Below are positions 60,868-64,000 of a stretch of DNA of 64,000 bases, piece after piece. Both the position numbers and the translations under genes were made by a program. How positions within the stretch are numbered: position 1 is the stretch's first letter; every line of letters begins with the position of its first letter. The notes beneath the pieces were generated by a model that did not search any database, was not told the origin of the DNA, and saw nothing but the letters and a program-made list of their open reading frames with translations. Source of the DNA: Pseudomonadota bacterium (lineage in GTDB: Bacteria > Pseudomonadota > Alphaproteobacteria > Caulobacterales > Caulobacteraceae); the NCBI GenBank assembly GCA_046725615.1, contig JBKOYY010000004.1, positions 9,389-73,388 on the forward strand, given 5' to 3'.

Positions 60868-61632
60868 TTGGCGGGCGTACTGGCGGGAAAGACGGCGTTC
60901 ATCACGGGCGCAAGCGGCGGACTGGGCGAGCATTTCGCACGGCTCCTGAGCCGACATGGCGCCGCGGTGGCGGTGACTGCGCGGCGGGAGGAGCGGATCC
61001 AGGCGCTGGCCGAGGAGATCAATGCCGCCGGCGGACGCGCCGTGGCGCTGAGTCTGGACGTGGCGGACGCGGCCGCGATCGGTCCCACCCTGGATCGTGC
61101 CGTGGCCGAGCTCGGCGGGCTGGACATCCTCGTGAACAACGCTGGCGTGGGCGGCGAAGGCCTGGCGCTGGACCTGAGCATCGAGGAGTTCGACCGCACC
61201 TTCGCCGTCAATGTGCGTGGCACCTATTTCGCCGCCCGGGAGGCTGCCCGGCGCATGATCGCCGCCGGAGTCGAGGGCCGGATCCTGAACATCGCCTCGA
61301 TCGCCAGTCACACGGTGTTGCCCGGCCTGTCCGCATATTGCGGCTCGAAGGCGGCGGTCGCGATGCTGACCCGCAGCCTGGCCCGGGAGTGGGCTCGGCG
61401 GGGAATCGCGGTGAACGCCATCTGCCCCGGCTACATCGAGACGGACATCAACGCCTCGTGGTGGCCCACCGAAGGCGGACAGAAGCAGCTCAAGGGCTTT
61501 CCGCGACGCCGCCTGATGGACGCCTCAGACCTGGACGAGGCTGTCCTGATGATGGTCGGGCCGGCCGGTAGCGCGATCACGGGTAGCATCCTGACCGTGG
61601 ACGACGGCCAGTCGCTACCTGGTGGGGGCTGA
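60868..61632 (+). CDS. Short-chain dehydrogenase/reductase
   Basis: TGASGGLG, LVNNAG, NIAS, YCGSK, VNAICPG; TTG start with GGAGG RBS. Confidence 0.92.
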   Translation: MAGVLAGKTAFITGASGGLGEHFARLLSRHGAAVAVTARREERIQALAEEINAAGGRAVALSLDVADAAAIGPTLDRAVAELGGLDILVNNAGVGGEGLALDLSIEEFDRTFAVNVRGTYFAAREAARRMIAAGVEGRILNIASIASHTVLPGLSAYCGSKAAVAMLTRSLAREWARRGIAVNAICPGYIETDINASWWPTEGGQKQLKGFPRRRLMDASDLDEAVLMMVGPAGSAITGSILTVDDGQSLPGGG

Positions 61633-61701
61633 GCCGGCAGGCTTGGCTGACCGAAGGGCAAGCCGCTTAGATCAGCCAAAGCTTTGTTGGGAGAAGACGG
61701 A

Positions 61702-62814
61702 ATGCGCCAGGGTCCTCTGACCGGCCTCAAGATCGTGGAATTCGCCGGCATCGGGCCGGGCCCGTTCTGCGGCATGCTGTTGTCGGACCTGGGCGCCGAC
61801 GTCGTCCGGGTCGACCGCAAGGGGCAGGGCCGGGGCGCCCCGTCCGACGTGACCTCGCGTGGCCGCCGCTCGGTGGCGCTCGACCTCAAGAGCCCCGACG
61901 CCGTCGAGGCCTGCCTGAAGCTGATGGAAAAGGCGGATGGCATCATCGAGGGCTTCCGGCCGGGCGTCATGGAGCGCCTGGGCCTGGGTCCCGACGTGGC
62001 GCTGAACCGCAATCCAAAGCTGGTCTACGGCCGGATGACCGGCTGGGGCCAGACCGGGCCCTACGCCCAGGCCGCCGGCCACGACATGAACTACATCGCC
62101 ATCACCGGCGCACTGCACGCCATTGGCACGAAGGACAAGCCGGTCCCGCCGCTGAACCTCGTGGGCGACTTCGGTGGGGGCGCGCTCTACCTGGCGTTCG
62201 GCCTGCTGGCGGGGATCATCCAGGCCCGCGAGACCGGTAAGGGCCAGGTTGTGGACTGCGCCATGAGCGACGGCGCCGCTTCGCTGATGGCCATGTTCTA
62301 CGGCTTCAAGGGCGCCGGCGCATGGCAGGAAGAGCGCCGTTCAAACCTGCTCGACGGCGGCGCGCACTTCTACGACACCTACCAGTGCAGCGACGGCAAG
62401 TGGGTTTCGATCGGGTCGATCGAGCCGCAGTTCTACGCCCTGCTGCTGGAGAAGACCGGCATCACTGATCCCGAATTCCAGCGCCAGATGGATCGGTCGA
62501 TGTGGCCCGCTCTTCGTGAGAAGCTGGCCAAGGTGATCGCCACCAAGACGCGCGACGAATGGACCGCGATCATGGGCGGCACCGACGTGTGCTTCGGCCC
62601 GGTCCTGGACCTGGATGAAGCCCCCAAGCATCCGCATAACGTCGCCCGAGAGACCTTCGTCGAGCTCGCCGGGGTCGTTCAGCCGGCTCCGGCGCCGCGC
62701 TTCTCGGCTACCCCCGGCAAGATTCAAGGGCCGCCGCCGTCTATCGGCGCGCACACCCAGGAGGCTTTGGCCGAGTGGGGATTCTCCGAGGCCGAGATCG
62801 CCGCCCTGGCCTGA
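61702..62814 (+). CDS. CaiB/BaiF family CoA-transferase or alpha-methylacyl-CoA racemase
   Basis: [55 protein letters not shown]. Confidence 0.92.
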   Translation: MRQGPLTGLKIVEFAGIGPGPFCGMLLSDLGADVVRVDRKGQGRGAPSDVTSRGRRSVALDLKSPDAVEACLKLMEKADGIIEGFRPGVMERLGLGPDVALNRNPKLVYGRMTGWGQTGPYAQAAGHDMNYIAITGALHAIGTKDKPVPPLNLVGDFGGGALYLAFGLLAGIIQARETGKGQVVDCAMSDGAASLMAMFYGFKGAGAWQEERRSNLLDGGAHFYDTYQCSDGKWVSIGSIEPQFYALLLEKTGITDPEFQRQMDRSMWPALREKLAKVIATKTRDEWTAIMGGTDVCFGPVLDLDEAPKHPHNVARETFVELAGVVQPAPAPRFSATPGKIQGPPPSIGAHTQEALAEWGFSEAEIAALA

Positions 62815-62823
62815 ACAAGCTGA

Positions 62824-63005
62824 GCTGTAACAACCGCTTATCTGAAAGCAGCATTCAGGTGCGGTTCAGCCGCCGGGGACGAGAGTGACGGTCGGATCGG
62901 TCGTCGCGCTCTCCCGTCCCTCGAAGCGGCGAACGGTCCGGATGGAACGACACGCCCATCGGCGGCGCGCCACCTACTAACCCAGGTGGCGCGCCGTTAT
63001 CCTTT
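62824..63005. ncRNA. Candidate multi-hairpin small RNA
   Basis: Four consecutive stem-loops fill the 235-nt intergenic gap; the last has a perfect 12-bp stem; strand not established. Confidence 0.5.
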
Positions 63006-63049
63006 GGTCGGCTTGCAAGCTCCCGAGTCGCCGCCCACCTTCCGCGCCC

Positions 63050-63997
63050 ATGAACCCCCGCGAGATCATCCGCCGCTTCCAGGCCAGCGACCTGGATCCG
63101 GTCCACGGCCTGCGGGTGATACTGACCGTACTGGGCAAGGCCCTGTCGCGCCTCTGGGGGCGGGACGTGATGCTCTACACGGGCGGGGTGTCGTTCTTCA
63201 TCATGCTGGCGATCTTCCCCGCCATCGCCATCGTGATGGGACTCTACGGCCTTCTCGCCGATCCGGCCCAGGTGGCGCGCCAGGGCGAGGCGATGGCGCG
63301 CATCATGCCCGACGCCGCGCGACTGATCTTTCAGAATGAGCTGATGCGCCTTGCCCAGGCGCCGGGGGCGGTCTCGTTCCAGAGCGGAATGGCGCTGCTG
63401 ATCGGCGGGTACGCCTCGCACCGGGGGTTCAAGGCGCTGCTGGCCGGACTGTCGTTCATCCACGACGAGGACAAGCCGCGGGGCTTCGTCAGCTTCAACC
63501 TCTTGGCCCTGGCCGTCCTGATCGCCGCGATCGCCGCCCTGGGCGTGTTGTCCATCGTCTTCTTCGGCTTCCGGATTGTCGGCGAGACATTCGAGCTGCG
63601 TCCGCTGCGGGGCGTGCTCTGGCTCTACAGCGAGTGGACGTGGGCCAGCGCCGGCATGGTCGCCGGCATGACGTTGATCTACCGCTGGGCCATGTCGCGC
63701 GAGCCCGTGGATTGGCGGGCCTCGGTTCTGGGCGGCGTAGCCGCCGCCGGCCTATGCATCTTCGCGTCGTGGGCGCTGGGCTTCTACGTCGAGCAGATCG
63801 CCGAGCTCGGGGCCACCTACGGCTCGGTCGCGACCGTGGTGATCTTCCTGATCTGGCTGTCGTGGAACGTGAACGCGCTGTTCTTTGGCGGCGCGCTGGC
63901 GACCGAGGTGGAGCTGGCGCTCCATGCCCGCCGCGTCCCGCTGGCCTCGGAGCAGGGGGCCGGGGCCGCCGTCAGGGCTTTGCCACCAGGAAGCTGA
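63050..63997 (+). CDS. YihY/virulence factor BrkB family membrane protein
   Basis: SFFIMLAIFP, multiple TM helices, YGSVATVVIFLIWL..N...FFGG. Confidence 0.9.
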   Translation: MNPREIIRRFQASDLDPVHGLRVILTVLGKALSRLWGRDVMLYTGGVSFFIMLAIFPAIAIVMGLYGLLADPAQVARQGEAMARIMPDAARLIFQNELMRLAQAPGAVSFQSGMALLIGGYASHRGFKALLAGLSFIHDEDKPRGFVSFNLLALAVLIAAIAALGVLSIVFFGFRIVGETFELRPLRGVLWLYSEWTWASAGMVAGMTLIYRWAMSREPVDWRASVLGGVAAAGLCIFASWALGFYVEQIAELGATYGSVATVVIFLIWLSWNVNALFFGGALATEVELALHARRVPLASEQGAGAAVRALPPGS

Positions 63998-64000
63998 GGC

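Noticed and set aside
62855-63463. 202-aa minus-strand ORF covering the structured intergenic region
   Set aside because: Mostly antisense to the yihY gene, no motifs or RBS; the hairpins explain the region better

Overview
GC-rich, gene-dense core-chromosome segment of an alphaproteobacterium, most consistent with Caulobacteraceae (Phenylobacterium-like). The inference rests on popA beside mfd, a two-domain CspD, MucR, class I PhaC, ALA synthase HemA and alpha-type gene order. It holds about 60 protein genes: haem, riboflavin and thiamine synthesis, valine catabolism, lipid/LPS synthesis, sulfur amino acids, DNA repair (recJ, recG, mfd), rplM-rpsI and an H+-pyrophosphatase. There are four tRNAs (Pro-GGG, Glu-TTC, Pro-TGG, Arg-TCT). 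I found no transposase, integrase, prophage, CRISPR array or recognisable defence system, and I cannot claim a clearly new multi-gene system. Best leads: (1) a GNAT gene whose conserved N-terminus follows the sseA UGA stop in frame with no canonical start codon; (2) two structured intergenic sRNA candidates (about 6737-6808 and 62824-63005); (3) an Asn26, metal-independent-type KdsA heading an operon with hldE, hldD and a DUF3089 protein that appears to lack its catalytic Ser and His; (4) a reductase-only RibD; (5) an unannotated 46-aa exported peptide; (6) an aapJ without its permease genes; (7) a possible tRNA-mRNA-tRNA-mRNA transcript. Family calls come from recognised motifs, not database searches. 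Start codons were re-picked by eye where the ORF track is over-extended.
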